DNA of 64,000 bases from an uncultured Alphaproteobacteria bacterium (GTDB taxonomy: Bacteria > Pseudomonadota > Alphaproteobacteria > UBA7879 > UBA5542). Positions 63,462 to 64,000 of the stretch are shown piece by piece. The notes beneath the pieces are model-generated. The model did no database searches, was not told the DNA's origin, and saw only the letters and a list, made by a program, of their open reading frames with translations. Both the position numbers and the translations under genes were made by a program. Within the stretch, counting starts at the first letter, position 1, and the number at the start of each line of letters is the position of its first letter. The stretch lies in assembly GCA_903912365.1 (NCBI GenBank), contig CAIWGV010000045.1, positions 21,886 to 85,885 of the forward strand. Reading direction: 5' to 3'.

Positions 63462-64000
63462 ACACCCCCTTGAGAATCAGGCGTGAGCTTGGGCGCACTC
63501 GTTGGGAACTTAGGAATTTTAAAGTTTACCGCACTGAGGCCCTTCACAGTCTTTGGTGTTAGGCTCACGAAGAGCTGAGCCCGTGTAGTCACATCCCCTC
63601 CCGGCGTTGGCGTTAAAGGAATTCTAAATCTTAGAAGGACCTGGTTATTTGGGAACCCTCCTTTTTTAACAGGCGTTTGATGCAACATCATACCTCTCAG
63701 GAGAGCCCATGTCCCTTCATAAACAAAGAGAACCCGGGGACCCACAATTACAGCGGCAGAGCTTAGGGACTTTTCTGATGGAAAGAGAGATGAGTTCTGC
63801 TTCCATTCAAATCCGAAAGAAACGGGCTTGTTTACTTCCCAACGCCCTCCCCCATTTCCTGTGGTATTAAAGCTCAGAGATTTGTCTCCAAAAAGAAAAG
63901 CCCAATCAGAAAAGAGATTTCCTTGCGATTCATTTAATTTATTTTGTTTAAATTTGACCGTAAAGTCTGTGCCTAGATCTCCTCCCTTTACCTTAGAGGC
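63458..64000 (-). CDS. 3' portion of an unknown gene running off the window edge, translationally coupled to the ImpA_N gene
   Basis: The - strand frame is open from position 64000 down to the TGA at 63458-63460 (...GDLGTDFTVKFKQNKLNESQGNLFSDWAFLFGDKSLSFNTTGNGGGRWEV...). The ORF table lists only the internal GTG at 63745. The domain is unrecognised. Confidence 0.4.
   Translation of the reverse strand, partial: ASKVKGGDLGTDFTVKFKQNKLNESQGNLFSDWAFLFGDKSLSFNTTGNGGGRWEVNKPVSFGFEWKQNSSLFPSEKSLSSAAVIVGPRVLFVYEGTWALLRGMMLHQTPVKKGGFPNNQVLLRFRIPLTPTPGGDVTTRAQLFVSLTPKTVKGLSAVNFKIPKFPTSAPKLTPDSQGGV

Noticed and set aside
1-64000. CRISPR arrays, insertion sequences, integrases or prophage remnants
   Set aside because: Reading the window turned up no regularly spaced direct repeats, no transposase or integrase-like ORFs, and no tRNA-adjacent att-like duplications.

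Overview
This 64 kb window is a chromosomal segment with about 45% GC that looks alphaproteobacterial. Three alphaproteobacterial hallmarks support this: AddAB rather than RecBCD, a circularly permuted two-piece tmRNA next to an SspB-alpha adaptor, and HdaA with a DUF1013 protein. Housekeeping content includes hda-pgsA-rpsT-dnaA, dnaK-dnaJ, rlmE, rpsF-rpsR-rplI, tsaE-amgK-murU, valS, rnr, msbA-DUF374-waaA-lpxK, secA, miaB-phoH-ybeY-corC and a KefB-like antiporter. These are interleaved with at least nine lineage-specific genes for signal-peptide proteins with no recognisable domains, which suggests a host-associated lifestyle with an effector-like or surface repertoire.

The most notable items are:
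- A complete bufferin-type RiPP/metallophore operon (DUF2282 precursor, DUF692 MNIO oxidase, DUF2063 partner) at 1.0-3.0 kb, carrying an atypical proline-rich precursor linker.
- An unannotated two-piece tmRNA gene with a G3:U70 acceptor stem and a tag frame ending VALAA*, sitting directly upstream of sspB.
- An rnr gene whose conserved N-terminal domain is only reachable from an ATG by a +1 shift in an A5 homopolymer.
- A CIRCE-like inverted repeat overlapping a heat-shock-type promoter in front of dnaK.
- Tandem paralogous secreted proteins with Ser/Asp-rich tails next to the S6-S18-L9 operon.
- A secreted S8 subtilase ending in a eukaryote-like IQ motif.
- At the 3' edge, an ImpA_N (TssA-like, type VI secretion) gene translationally coupled to an upstream gene that runs off the window.
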